This document shows, piece by piece, positions 1 to 9,244 of a stretch of 64,000 bases of DNA. Within the stretch, counting starts at the first letter, position 1. Every line of letters starts with the position of its first letter. Position numbers and translations under genes: made by a program. Location of the stretch: the NCBI GenBank assembly GCA_964402785.1, contig CAYODQ010000003.1, positions 9,034 to 73,033 on the forward strand, in the 5' to 3' direction. A model generated the notes under the pieces. The model was not told where the DNA came from. It was given only the letters and a program-made list of their open reading frames with translations, and searched no databases. The DNA comes from an uncultured Planctomycetia bacterium (GTDB lineage Bacteria > Omnitrophota > Gorgyraeia > 2-02-FULL-51-18).

Positions 1-1571
1 ATGGCCGTTTCGTCCGCTGTCACTTCGTTGGCCGTGCGGGAGAGGATCCACTGCAGCACTCTTAAATTTTCACCAAACCCCGGCCAGACGAATCGTCCCT
101 GATCGTCCTTGCGGAACCAATTCACTCTAAAAATTTTCGGCGGGTACGCTAATTTTTTCCCGATATCCAGCCAATGCTGAAAATAGTCCGCCATGTGGTA
201 TCCGCAAAACGGCAACATAGCCATGGGATCTCGTCGAACCACACCTACCTTGCCAACGGCCGCGGCTGTGGTCTCAGATGTCATGGTCGCTCCCAGATAA
301 ACACCGTGCTGCCAATCTCTGGACTCCACCACAAGCGGATCCAATCGCGCTCGCCTTCCTCCAAACACAATGGCGCTGATAGGCACGCCATGAGGACTAT
401 CCCATGAAGGTAATAAAGAAGGACATTGGGTCACAGGTGCCGTAAAACGGCTATTGGGATGTGCAGCCAATTGACCTGAGGTCGCTGTCCAAGGCTTTCC
501 GCGCCAATCGATCGCTTCTTTGGGTGGAAGGCCATCCATTCCTTCCCACCAGACGCCGCCTTCTTTGGTTTTGGCGACATTGGTGAATATCGTGTTCTTT
601 TTGATAGCTTGAAGTGCATTTGGATTGGATGTGGAATTGGTTCCGGGCGCTACTCCAAAAAAACCAAATTCAGGGTTGAGTGCCCACAAACGCCCATCCG
701 GCCCGGGCCGCAGCCAGGCAATATCATCACCCACGGTCCAGATTTTATACCCGCGCATCGAGTCCGGCGGGATCAACATGGCGAGATTTGTTTTGCCGCA
801 TTGGCTTGGAAATGCTGCCGCAATAAAATGTGTCTCGCCTTTTGGATTTTCGATCCCCATGATCAACATATGCTCAGCCAACCAGCCTTCTTTGCGGCCC
901 AGCCACGAGCCGATCCGAAGCGCCAAACATTTTTTCCCCATCAAGACGTTGCCACCGTAATTCGTGCCCACACTCCAAATGGTGTTGTCTTCGGGAAAAT
1001 GACAAATGAATCGTTTGGATTCATCGAGATCCGCTTTACTGTGAAGGCAGCGCGTAAAATCCGAAGAATCTTTCAACTCATCCAGCGCGATCTTTCCCAC
1101 ACGCGACATGATCCGCATATTGAGATAAACATACAAACTATCGGTAAGCTCGACACCTATCTTGTTGAATCGTGAGCGCGGCACGCCCATCAAAAACGGA
1201 ACCACGTACATCGTGCGGCCTTTCATCGATCCCTGAAATATCGTCCCAAGTTTTTGGTACGCCTCTTGAGGCGCCATCCAATTGTTCGTAGGGCCGGCTG
1301 TTTCTTTGTCGCGAGTACAAATAAAGGTCAGGTTTTCAACACGCGCTACGTCGTTTTCTTTGCTGCGCGCGTACAAACAGCCGGGATACAACACCGGATC
1401 CAATTCTTCGACTTCACCATTGCGGATCGCCAACGCCGTAAGGCGTTTTTTTTCTTCGTCAGAGCCGTCACACCAGACGATATGATCGGGCTGGCAAAGC
1501 TCAGCCGCCTGGCTCACCCAGGCAAGCAAAGCTTTATTGTGTGTGAATACTGTTTCGGTCATGACGGGCAT
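1..1571 (-). CDS. pckG: Phosphoenolpyruvate carboxykinase (GTP), C-terminus cut off by the window start
   Basis: Manual minus-strand translation from the ATG at 1571 gives MPVMTETVFTHNKALLAWVS... with the PEPCK-GTP hallmarks (AAFPSQCGKTNLAM kinase-1a-like motif, GSWLGRKEGWLAEHMLIMGIENPKGE). It runs without a stop to position 1. It is absent from the ORF track because no stop falls inside the window. Confidence 0.85.
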   Translation of the reverse strand, partial: MPVMTETVFTHNKALLAWVSQAAELCQPDHIVWCDGSDEEKKRLTALAIRNGEVEELDPVLYPGCLYARSKENDVARVENLTFICTRDKETAGPTNNWMAPQEAYQKLGTIFQGSMKGRTMYVVPFLMGVPRSRFNKIGVELTDSLYVYLNMRIMSRVGKIALDELKDSSDFTRCLHSKADLDESKRFICHFPEDNTIWSVGTNYGGNVLMGKKCLALRIGSWLGRKEGWLAEHMLIMGIENPKGETHFIAAAFPSQCGKTNLAMLIPPDSMRGYKIWTVGDDIAWLRPGPDGRLWALNPEFGFFGVAPGTNSTSNPNALQAIKKNTIFTNVAKTKEGGVWWEGMDGLPPKEAIDWRGKPWTATSGQLAAHPNSRFTAPVTQCPSLLPSWDSPHGVPISAIVFGGRRARLDPLVVESRDWQHGVYLGATMTSETTAAAVGKVGVVRRDPMAMLPFCGYHMADYFQHWLDIGKKLAYPPKIFRVNWFRKDDQGRFVWPGFGENLRVLQWILSRTANEVTADETA

Positions 1572-1584
1572 AACTCACCTCTGG

Positions 1585-2058
1585 TCATTCCAATGTGGCG
1601 CGCAGCATCCAGGCCATTTTTTCATGCTTCTCCATAAGCCCAGTTAAAAAATCACTGGTCCCGGCATCTTTGTATTTTTGTCCGGCCGTCTCCAGATCCT
1701 CGCGCAGAAGGTTGATAAGCTCTTCATGATCCTCAAGCAATGCCAAAACCATTTTTTTGGCATCAGGGTAGTCGTTTGAATACTCTTTCAAACGAGCTAT
1801 CTTTAAATACCCCGCCATCGTCCCAAGAGCTTTTCCGCCCAAAGCACGTACGCGTTCCGCGATTTCGTCGATCATTTCGGCGAGCTCGTCATATTGGGCT
1901 TCAAAAAATTTATGATAATCATGAAAATTCGGACCCACGACATTCCAGTGATAATTTCGACTCTTTGTGTACAACACAACTTCATCTGCCAGTAGATTAT
2001 TTAAAATATCTACAGACCCATCCCGATTTTTATCCGCAATACCTATATCGGTGCGCAT
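1585..2058 (-). CDS. dps: Dps (DNA protection during starvation; ferritin-like)
   Basis: 157 aa with a ferritin-like four-helix pattern (HWNVVGPNFHDYHKFFEAQYDELAEMIDEIAERV), typical of Dps. Confidence 0.85.
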   Translation of the reverse strand: MRTDIGIADKNRDGSVDILNNLLADEVVLYTKSRNYHWNVVGPNFHDYHKFFEAQYDELAEMIDEIAERVRALGGKALGTMAGYLKIARLKEYSNDYPDAKKMVLALLEDHEELINLLREDLETAGQKYKDAGTSDFLTGLMEKHEKMAWMLRATLE

Positions 2059-2059
2059 G

Positions 2060-2989
2060 CTAAAACCCTCCTTTTATGATTTCAACTGAGCAGTGAGCTC
2101 TAGCTGCAATGGCGGATGAGACGCTTCCCAAAAAAAGCCTCTCACCCAAACCCAACCCTCTGGAACCCAAAAAGATACAATCCGCTCCCCACTCGGCTGC
2201 CTCGTCGAGAATGACATCCTTTGGGTCTTCCTCCTTAACTAATGTGGTGGCGATAAGCCCGGCGTGTTCGAATCTTTTTTGAAGAGCCTCATGCATCCGG
2301 CACACCCAAGCCAAAGGATCCTGGTCTTTGTCTCTAAACCATTTCTTGATCCCGGCGCTGGGAAATGCGATCGCCGTCACGATCCTGGCATCAACAGCTG
2401 TGATCAAGTGAATAGAAGTGCCTTTAGGCCAACTTCTTTCTAGAATTTTATCGGCCGCCAAAAGTGATGCTTCGGAACCATCAACTGCCAACACAATTCT
2501 CACAGGTTCCACATTTTCGACCGCTCGGCCACGACCGATGCGCACACTGCACCCGACACGATTGAGGATCGACATGGAAGTGCTTCCAAATAAAAGACGC
2601 CCTACCACCGAACGCCCATGGGATCCGATCACCAATAGATCGGGTTTCCATTCCTTGGCGATCTCGACAATACCATGCGACGGTGAGTCCGACACCGCTC
2701 TAGCTTCGACTTTCCAGTCTGGAAACAACTTTCTGGTAATGGCTGCGCCTTCGTGCGCCAAGCCTTCAGCCACACTCAAAGTTTCTTTGCTTTGCTCAAA
2801 TGCATTTTGATAAGCAAACGCATACTCCGGCTGAAGATCAACGCTATCGATCACATGAGGTATCATCACAGGAATATCCGCGACCGAGCAAACAACCGCC
2901 TGTGATATTTTAGGCAATGAAGCGCGACAAAGGTCATAAATAGCCGCCTTGGAACAATCCGAACCGTCATGTGCGATCAGTATTTTCAT
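2060..2989 (-). CDS. Tandem-domain universal stress protein (UspA family)
   Basis: Two Usp modules (MKILIAHDGSDCSKAAI...LLVIGSHGRS; second RIVLAVDGSEAS...IFLGSRGLG). Confidence 0.8.
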   Translation of the reverse strand: MKILIAHDGSDCSKAAIYDLCRASLPKISQAVVCSVADIPVMIPHVIDSVDLQPEYAFAYQNAFEQSKETLSVAEGLAHEGAAITRKLFPDWKVEARAVSDSPSHGIVEIAKEWKPDLLVIGSHGRSVVGRLLFGSTSMSILNRVGCSVRIGRGRAVENVEPVRIVLAVDGSEASLLAADKILERSWPKGTSIHLITAVDARIVTAIAFPSAGIKKWFRDKDQDPLAWVCRMHEALQKRFEHAGLIATTLVKEEDPKDVILDEAAEWGADCIFLGSRGLGLGERLFLGSVSSAIAARAHCSVEIIKGGF

Positions 2990-3003
2990 TGCCCACCTCT
3001 TTT

Positions 3004-3423
3004 CTAGACTTCATCATCCAACGATTTTAAATAAGAAACCACGTCCGACAACTGTTGTACTGTGATCGAGTCGCTAAAATCCCCCATCCGGGACGTTTGA
3101 TCAACTGGGTTTTTACCGCCAAAACCCGGCTGTATGGCATGCGACGGAAATATGATCGAGTCCGCGATAAAACGCTCTTTGTAACGAGACTGCCGTACAC
3201 CGAGGGCGGGTCCTGGTTTCTGTGCCGTCGGCTTGGCCAAACTGATATCACCTTTGATCTCATGGCACGTGTTGCATTTCAAGGCTATGAACGCTTCGCG
3301 GCCTTTTTGCGCATCCCCTTTAGGAAGGCTCAACAACTCCGCCGCCTCCCCTGCCCAACCGGCCGAAGTGTGGATGGACAAGATCCATATCATGGATAAC
3401 AACACCCTGTTCACTCTCATCAC
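3004..3423 (-). CDS. c-type cytochrome (mono-haem), secreted
   Basis: Signal peptide and a single CNTCH haem-binding CxxCH motif. Confidence 0.75.
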   Translation of the reverse strand: MMRVNRVLLSMIWILSIHTSAGWAGEAAELLSLPKGDAQKGREAFIALKCNTCHEIKGDISLAKPTAQKPGPALGVRQSRYKERFIADSIIFPSHAIQPGFGGKNPVDQTSRMGDFSDSITVQQLSDVVSYLKSLDDEV

Positions 3424-3445
3424 TTCCTCCTAGTCCGCTAGATCC

Positions 3446-4009
3446 CTACCTCAAAAGCGCCTCCGCTATGGATTGCGGATACAGATGCGCGGATGCCACC
3501 CGGCCTTTCATGTGCTCATAAAAGCCATCATAGTCATCATCCGTCAACTGCCGATCGATCTTAAAATCGCCGCTCATCAAGGTCTGAACATCCGCTTTGC
3601 CGTCAAAATTCCTATCCAGCTCCCACTTGTAAGCTTTTCCATTTTTGAGATACAGCCAATAGTCCGGCGATCCATCGTGATTCGTGTCTTCCGTGATCTT
3701 CCACGGAACACCGGTAAAATAATAAGCGATCCAGGTATCCACATACCCGTCACCATCAGTGTCTTTTTCGGCGCGCTCACGGTTGCCATTCTTGTAATAA
3801 ACGACCGTGTCCACAACGTGATCGGCATCGGAGTCGACAAATGCCCTCACCCTCTGTTTGTCGTGGTAAACGACATGCCCCTCTTTATAGCCATCCCGAT
3901 TGAAATCTTGAAGCACCGCATCCGCTTGCGCGAAGGGAACGCACACCCAGAAACCAAGCCCTATGAGACGTATCGCAGTTTTGACCATGACAACACCTCC
4001 AGCCACCAC
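3446..4009 (-). CDS. Secreted protein with four tandem DxDxDG (EF-hand/Ca-binding-loop-like) repeats
   Basis: Signal peptide followed by repeats DSDADHVVDTVVYY / DTDGDGYVDTWIAYY / DTNHDGSPDYWLYL / DRNFDGKADVQTLM. The overlapping plus-strand ORF 3473..4045 looks antisense. Confidence 0.6.
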   Translation of the reverse strand: MVAGGVVMVKTAIRLIGLGFWVCVPFAQADAVLQDFNRDGYKEGHVVYHDKQRVRAFVDSDADHVVDTVVYYKNGNRERAEKDTDGDGYVDTWIAYYFTGVPWKITEDTNHDGSPDYWLYLKNGKAYKWELDRNFDGKADVQTLMSGDFKIDRQLTDDDYDGFYEHMKGRVASAHLYPQSIAEALLR

Positions 4010-4095
4010 TCACCCCTACACTTCAAGCTTAGCCCGAAGCCATAAAAATAGATGTGATGGATATCACGCTGGACAGCGAAAAAGGAGCAAAAAAA

Positions 4096-4950
4096 CTAGA
4101 AGGGCGAAGGCGACCTAAAGGTCAATTTTCTCTCGGTAATAGGATGGATCAAAGACAGTTCCGTCGCGTGAAGACCAAGCCGGCCTAGCGGGTCGGTGGA
4201 AGCGCCATATTTATAATCCCCGGCTATGGGAGTACCCAGATCCGCCATATGGACCCGGATCTGGTTTTTGCGGCCTGTCCCCAGAGTCGCCTCGATCCAG
4301 CTATAGCGCCCCTCCTGCTTGATCACACGGTAGTGGGTCACAGACATCTTAGCGTCCCTGTCTTTAGGAGTCGTACTGTAAACACGGCGAAATTTGTCTT
4401 CCGCTAAAGCACTTTTGACCGTGCCTTCTTTTTCTTCGGGGCAACCTTCGACCAGAACCGTGTATTTTTTGACGGCTTCACTCCAGGTGTCTTGAAGCAC
4501 AACTTTGATCTCTTCGTTCCGGGCAAACACCACTAAACCCGAGGCATCTTTATCCAGGCGGTGCACGATAAAAACCCTCGCTCGTGCGCGGCCTTCTTTT
4601 TCCCGGATATATTCGGTAAGCTCATAGTATAGCGTTCTTTCTTTTTCTTGATCCGTGGCCATAGTCAAAAGGCCGGATGGCTTGTCGACGACGATCAAGG
4701 CCTCATCCTCGTGGATCAATTTGAACGACAGCTGATGCTCCATCCTATGGAGAGAAGCTTCTTTGACAGTCAGAAAATCAAGCGTATCGCCGGGCTTAAG
4801 AGGAAAACTGTGAAGTGTTTGCACGATCCCGTTCACGCGGACAGAGCCATATTTCAACATCTGCTTGGTCTTGGTCTTTTTTTGGTCCGCAAATGCTTTG
4901 AATAAAAAGTTTAGAAGCTGGTCGGGCTCGGTGACGCGTAGAGGTTTCAC
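4096..4950 (-). CDS. RluA-family rRNA pseudouridine synthase with S4 domain
   Basis: S4-like N-terminus (VRVNGIVQTLHSFPLKPGDTLDF), a catalytic HRLDKDASGL motif and VVDKPSGLL. Confidence 0.8.
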   Translation of the reverse strand: MKPLRVTEPDQLLNFLFKAFADQKKTKTKQMLKYGSVRVNGIVQTLHSFPLKPGDTLDFLTVKEASLHRMEHQLSFKLIHEDEALIVVDKPSGLLTMATDQEKERTLYYELTEYIREKEGRARARVFIVHRLDKDASGLVVFARNEEIKVVLQDTWSEAVKKYTVLVEGCPEEKEGTVKSALAEDKFRRVYSTTPKDRDAKMSVTHYRVIKQEGRYSWIEATLGTGRKNQIRVHMADLGTPIAGDYKYGASTDPLGRLGLHATELSLIHPITERKLTFRSPSPF

Positions 4951-4953
4951 AGT

Positions 4954-5343
4954 TTATTTTTCCACTTTAAAGATCGTGTAGGCGGGGCGTGTTTTTTGGG
5001 TGCCCGTGCCGCGCAACTGCCAGGCATAGGTTTGTCCGTTTTCGAACAGATCTGCCGGAAGAAGCACTCTATCGTGATTCGCGGGTATCGTTTCGGCCTT
5101 GATGAGGCCGGCTTCTATGGTTTGGGTACCCTTGTACAATTTGAATTGGTATTCAGAGATAGTCGATCGGTCACCTTCGAAACCCCAGCGGAATAACAAC
5201 TCATTTTTGCCGCGCAGATCCGCCAGCTCGCTGGGCTCAAATTGACGGGGTGGTGGAGGCTGCCCTCTCCTGCCGCCGGCATAGGCAGAGGACGCGAAAA
5301 CACACAACATCAAGAGAGTGAATAGGATAAATAACTTTCTCAT
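4954..5343 (-). CDS. Secreted hypothetical protein
   Basis: Signal peptide MRKLFILFTLLMLCVFASSAYA. No recognisable domain. Confidence 0.5.
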   Translation of the reverse strand: MRKLFILFTLLMLCVFASSAYAGGRRGQPPPPRQFEPSELADLRGKNELLFRWGFEGDRSTISEYQFKLYKGTQTIEAGLIKAETIPANHDRVLLPADLFENGQTYAWQLRGTGTQKTRPAYTIFKVEK

Positions 5344-5402
5344 ACCCCTATTAAACCTTTTTTAGCCTCGTACGTCTAATCAATTACACAAGGAGAGTGG
5401 TT

Positions 5403-6008
5403 ATGAACAAATCTACATACTTTAGAAAAATTGCGGCAGGTTTGGTTTTAGGCGCTTTATTGACCGGAAAAGCATTTGCCTCCGAGGAGGATCTTCGTAT
5501 CGTACGAGAAGGTTTGCTGGGAGCCGGTGTGGGAGCCATCTCTTCTTATGCTTCTGGCGGGAGCGGCGGCAAAGGCGCTTTGATCGGAGCCGGCACACAA
5601 GTGATCGGCGGTGCCCTGTTTAATGTTTTGACGCAACCATCTGGACAAAATGGCCGGCAAAACTATGTATCGCAACCGTCTTATTATTCGCAGCCAACGC
5701 CATCCTACAATTACACAGTCACACCGGCGCCACAACCAAAGCCCGTACAAGTGCAAACTCAGACGGTGTATGTATACCGCCAAGAGCCTGTGTACATTCC
5801 ACAACCACAGCCGGTTTACACTCAATACGGCTATGCTCCACAGGAAGATTACAATCGCAGGATCATTAAACAAGGATTGATGGGTGCGGCTGTCGGCGCT
5901 ATTTCTTCGTATGCATCTGGCGGTAAAGGTGGTCGAGGTGCGCTGATCGGAGCAGGTACCAATGTGATCGGCGGATCGCTCTTGGAAATATTACTTGGCG
6001 GTCGCTGA
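5403..6008 (+). CDS. Glycine-zipper (YMGG-like) membrane/secreted protein with duplicated module and P/Q/Y-rich linker
   Basis: RBS aaggagag before the ATG at 5403 and a signal peptide. Two near-identical modules (GLLGAGVGAISSYASGGSGGKGALIGAGTQVIGGALFNVL and GLMGAAVGAISSYASGGKGGRGALIGAGTNVIGGSLLEIL) flank a PQPQPV/Y-rich spacer. Confidence 0.65.
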   Translation: MNKSTYFRKIAAGLVLGALLTGKAFASEEDLRIVREGLLGAGVGAISSYASGGSGGKGALIGAGTQVIGGALFNVLTQPSGQNGRQNYVSQPSYYSQPTPSYNYTVTPAPQPKPVQVQTQTVYVYRQEPVYIPQPQPVYTQYGYAPQEDYNRRIIKQGLMGAAVGAISSYASGGKGGRGALIGAGTNVIGGSLLEILLGGR

Positions 6009-6009
6009 T

Positions 6010-7029
6010 TTAAATAAATGTTCGTGTGTGTTCGACGATGTTTTGCATCACGGACACTGTTTCAACTGGATAGGCACCGATGGCGGTTTCTCCGGAGAGC
6101 ATCACAAAATCGGTGCCGTCCAGCACGGCATTAGCGACATCCGAAGCTTCCGCGCGCGTGGGCCTGGGGTTCTCGGTCATACTCTCCAGCATCTGGGTGG
6201 CGGTGATCACAAATTTGCCGGCGCGATTCGAAGCGTGGATAAGTTTTTTCTGGATCATGGGCACTTCCCATATCGGAAGGCATACACCCATATCGCCCCG
6301 CGCGACCATGATGCCATCGGATACTTTTAAGATCCCTTTGAAATTTTGGATGCCTTCTTGATTTTCAATTTTGGACACGATCTTGACTCGCGGAAGCCGG
6401 CGATGGAGTTTTTCTTTGAGATGAAGCACATCCTCAGCGCTTCGCACAAATGACTGGGCCATCCAATCCACCCGGTGACGAATTCCAAATTCGATATCCG
6501 CTTCATCTTTATCCGTGAGCCCATCAAATATAAGCTTGAGATCCGGGATATGGACGCCTTTGCGCTCTTTGAGGAGCCCCGGCACCACAACTTGGACAAT
6601 GAGCGATCCTCGCTGCGAGGCGGTTACCTTAAAAACAAGATTTCCATCATCAATAAAAACTTGGCTGCCGATCCTGATCTCTTTGAAGCTGCCCTCATAA
6701 TCCAGCGGAATCGCATGAGGATGATTTTTTATTTCTAACTCGTGGCAAAACACCAGTTTTTGCCGCTTATGAAGGTGGATTGGTTTACCTTTTGGTAAGT
6801 GCCCGACACGAATCCGAAACCCTTCCAAATCCTGTAGAATACGGATATCTTTTTTGGTTTCACGGGAAGCTTGCCGAATGCGCTGAATAAGCCTAGAGTG
6901 AAAAGCGTGTGACCCATGCGAAAAATTAAGCCTCGCCACAGTCATGCCCGATCGCATGAGTTTTTTCAGAACCGACACGGAACTCGTGGCCGGACCTATG
7001 GTGCAGATGATACCGACTTGTCGGGACAT
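6010..7029 (-). CDS. pyk: Pyruvate kinase (A+B domains only; no C-terminal regulatory domain)
   Basis: [15 protein letters not shown]...LNFSHGSH...MVARGDMGV...TATQMLESM motifs. Only 339 aa. Confidence 0.8.
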   Translation of the reverse strand: MSRQVGIICTIGPATSSVSVLKKLMRSGMTVARLNFSHGSHAFHSRLIQRIRQASRETKKDIRILQDLEGFRIRVGHLPKGKPIHLHKRQKLVFCHELEIKNHPHAIPLDYEGSFKEIRIGSQVFIDDGNLVFKVTASQRGSLIVQVVVPGLLKERKGVHIPDLKLIFDGLTDKDEADIEFGIRHRVDWMAQSFVRSAEDVLHLKEKLHRRLPRVKIVSKIENQEGIQNFKGILKVSDGIMVARGDMGVCLPIWEVPMIQKKLIHASNRAGKFVITATQMLESMTENPRPTRAEASDVANAVLDGTDFVMLSGETAIGAYPVETVSVMQNIVEHTRTFI

Positions 7030-7033
7030 TGGT

Positions 7034-8077
7034 TCAGATGGAATATGTATCGATCACAAAGCGGTAACGCACATCGCCCTTCAAGATGCGCTCGTAGGCT
7101 TCGTTCACTTTTTGGACGGGGATGACTTCCACATCGGACGTAATATTTTTACGCGCACAGTAGTTGAGCATCTCTTGTGTCTCACGAATACCGCCGATCA
7201 CAGAGCCGGCTAGCTTTTTTCGCTTGATGATCAGCGAAAAAGGATGAACCGTCGCAGGCTTATCCGGCACACCGACGATGACCATTGTGCCATCACGCTT
7301 AAGAAGCGACAACAGTAGATCCATATCATGCGTCGCTGACACCGTATCCAAAATAAAATCAAATCGTCCCGCCAAGAATTCCATCTCACCTTTATCGGTC
7401 GAAAGCACAAATCCTTTGGCGCCGAATTTGCGCGCATCTTTTTCTTTGGAGCGGTTGGTACTGATCACAGTGACAATGGCACCCATGGAAGCAGCCAACT
7501 TCACCGCCATGTGTCCCAAACCACCCATCCCCACCACCGCGATTTTCATGCCGCGTTTGACACCATAATATTTAAGCGGCGAATACGTCGTGATCCCCGC
7601 GCAAAGAAGTGGGGCTACTTTTTCGAGAGGAAGCTTTTTGGAGATCTTTAGCGCATAACTTTCTTCGACGACAATATGTGTCGAGTACCCGCCAAATGTA
7701 GGAGTGATCTTATCTTGCTCAACGCCGTTGTAAGTCCAAGTGCCCTGGCCTTCACAATAATTTTCCAGGCCTTCTTTGCAGCTGGCGCATTTACGACAAG
7801 AGTCTGTGAAACATCCGACACCAGCGTAGTCGCCGACTTTGAATTTTTTGACCTTAGCACCCACCGACTCGACTGTGCCCACGATCTCGTGTCCAGGCAC
7901 CATCGGATATTTGGAGCCGCCCCATTCGTTGCGAGCCTGATGGATATCCGAGTGACAGATGCCGCAAAAATGGATCTTGATCACGATATCTTTAGGTTTG
8001 GGCGAGCGGCGCTCAAAAGAAAACGGTTTGAGTGTGTCCTTTGCGTGATGAACAGCGTAACCTTTAACTGAGATCAT
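7034..8077 (-). CDS. Zn-dependent NAD(P)-alcohol dehydrogenase (cinnamyl-ADH/YahK-like)
   Basis: GICHSDIH...GHEIVG zinc-ADH signatures and a GXGXXG Rossmann motif ([12 protein letters not shown]). Confidence 0.85.
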   Translation of the reverse strand: MISVKGYAVHHAKDTLKPFSFERRSPKPKDIVIKIHFCGICHSDIHQARNEWGGSKYPMVPGHEIVGTVESVGAKVKKFKVGDYAGVGCFTDSCRKCASCKEGLENYCEGQGTWTYNGVEQDKITPTFGGYSTHIVVEESYALKISKKLPLEKVAPLLCAGITTYSPLKYYGVKRGMKIAVVGMGGLGHMAVKLAASMGAIVTVISTNRSKEKDARKFGAKGFVLSTDKGEMEFLAGRFDFILDTVSATHDMDLLLSLLKRDGTMVIVGVPDKPATVHPFSLIIKRKKLAGSVIGGIRETQEMLNYCARKNITSDVEVIPVQKVNEAYERILKGDVRYRFVIDTYSI

Positions 8078-8098
8078 GAATTCCCCTTGTATCGAAAT

Positions 8099-8716
8099 TT
8101 ATTTCCATTTGATCGAGCAGCCCACCGCCGGCTTTTGCTCGGCTGGCACGGGCTTGCCTTCGATCAAAGCATCCAGCACAGCGCGCACGTCTTTGCCATC
8201 GGCTTCGTTGCCGCTATTGGGACGCGAGTTATCGAATTGTCCGCGATAGACCAGCTTTTGATCTTTATCGAAAATAAAAACATCGGGCGTGGCCTTGGCC
8301 GTATAAGCTTTGGCAACCTCTTGAGACTCATCATATAAGAAAGGAAATACAAATCCCTCTTGCTGCGCCATCTCCTTCAGGCTCTCCGGAGCATCATCCG
8401 GATATTTCTCTGCATCATTGGAGCTGATCGCCACGATGGCAGCGTCTTTGTCTTTATAATCCTGTCCGATTTGTGCCAGTGCTTTCTTAATATGTTGAAC
8501 GTATGGGCAGTGGCGGCAAATAAAAACCACCATCAAAGCTTTTTTACCTTGAAAATTTTCGAGAGATACTTCTGCGTCCGTCGTAACATCCGCAAGTTTA
8601 AACGCCGGAGCCTGTGAACCTTTGGGAAGAAGGCCTTTGGCGCCTTCGGTCGTGGTGGCAGCCCAAACGGAGCTGGTGAAGCAGATCGACAATGCTAAAA
8701 GTGCTAATTTTTTCAT
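8099..8716 (-). CDS. Secreted thioredoxin-fold protein (redoxin/TlpA-like)
   Basis: Signal peptide, a CRHCP CxxC motif and a thioredoxin-like spacing. Confidence 0.7.
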   Translation of the reverse strand: MKKLALLALSICFTSSVWAATTTEGAKGLLPKGSQAPAFKLADVTTDAEVSLENFQGKKALMVVFICRHCPYVQHIKKALAQIGQDYKDKDAAIVAISSNDAEKYPDDAPESLKEMAQQEGFVFPFLYDESQEVAKAYTAKATPDVFIFDKDQKLVYRGQFDNSRPNSGNEADGKDVRAVLDALIEGKPVPAEQKPAVGCSIKWK

Positions 8717-8758
8717 TTTATCCCCCGGGAGATGCTTATCATATCAGCTTCCCGGTCC

Positions 8759-8782
8759 AAATGAAATCGGGATAGAAAATGG
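8759..8782. repeat. 24-bp direct repeat copying the 3' end of tRNA-Glu (aaatggcgaccccagcgggattcg); second copy at 9086..9109
   Basis: Exact match seen in the sequence. The copy at 9086..9109 is the true tRNA 3' end plus 3 nt of flank. Confidence 0.85.
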
Positions 8783-8966
8783 CGACCCCAGCGGGATTCG
8801 GCGCCCTGCGCTGCGCATGTCTTCACTCCCTCCGGTCGTTCAGCATTGCTCGCTCCGGGTCGGCCATTCGCCTCGGCGATGGAATTGTCGAGTGCCTTTG
8901 TGGCACTCGCCCTATATCTCAAGGGCGCCTCGGCTCTCTTCAAATCCCGCAATTGCAAAACATTCA

Positions 8967-9088
8967 TTTTTTCTGATTAGGGACTCAGATACGAGGCGCG
9001 ACGTCGGGAGCGCGGGAGGCACTATGGAATAGTGTTGACCAAGCGGTCGACGGCGCAACGAAGTAGATGAGTCCCTAATCAGAAAAAA
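8967..9088. repeat. MITE-like element: perfect 21-bp inverted arms (ttttttctgattagggactca / tgagtccctaatcagaaaaaa) around an 80-nt core, abutting the tRNA-Glu CCA end
   Basis: Arms at 8967..8987 and 9068..9088 are exact reverse complements. No ORF is supported inside. Confidence 0.7.
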
Positions 9089-9166
9089 TGGCGACCCCAG
9101 CGGGATTCGAACCCGCGTCACCACCGTGAAAGGGTGATGTCCTAGGCCAGGCTAGACGATGGGGTC
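9089..9166 (-). tRNA. tRNA-Glu (anticodon TTC)
   Basis: Minus-strand sequence GACCCCATCGTCTAGCCTGGCCTAGGACATCACCCTTTCACGGTGGTGACGCGGGTTCGAATCCCGCTGGGGTCGCCA folds as a cloverleaf. The anticodon loop CTTTCAC gives UUC. The T-loop is GGTTCGAATCC and the 3' end carries CCA. Confidence 0.85.
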
Positions 9167-9244
9167 AAGGTCGAAAAAGTTGCCTTATTCTAAACCAAAC
9201 CCCTTAATTGTCAACGGATTCCAGGTGGGCTACCACTGAGCTCT

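Noticed and set aside
3473-4045. 190-aa plus-strand ORF overlapping the DxDxDG repeat gene
   Set aside because: Ile/Val-rich antisense-looking translation with no RBS. The minus-strand frame has a signal peptide and coherent repeats.
8783-8966. Coding potential in the spacer left of the inverted-repeat element (ORFs 8713..8967-, 8779..8976+)
   Set aside because: No RBS and biased low-complexity translations. They overlap each other.
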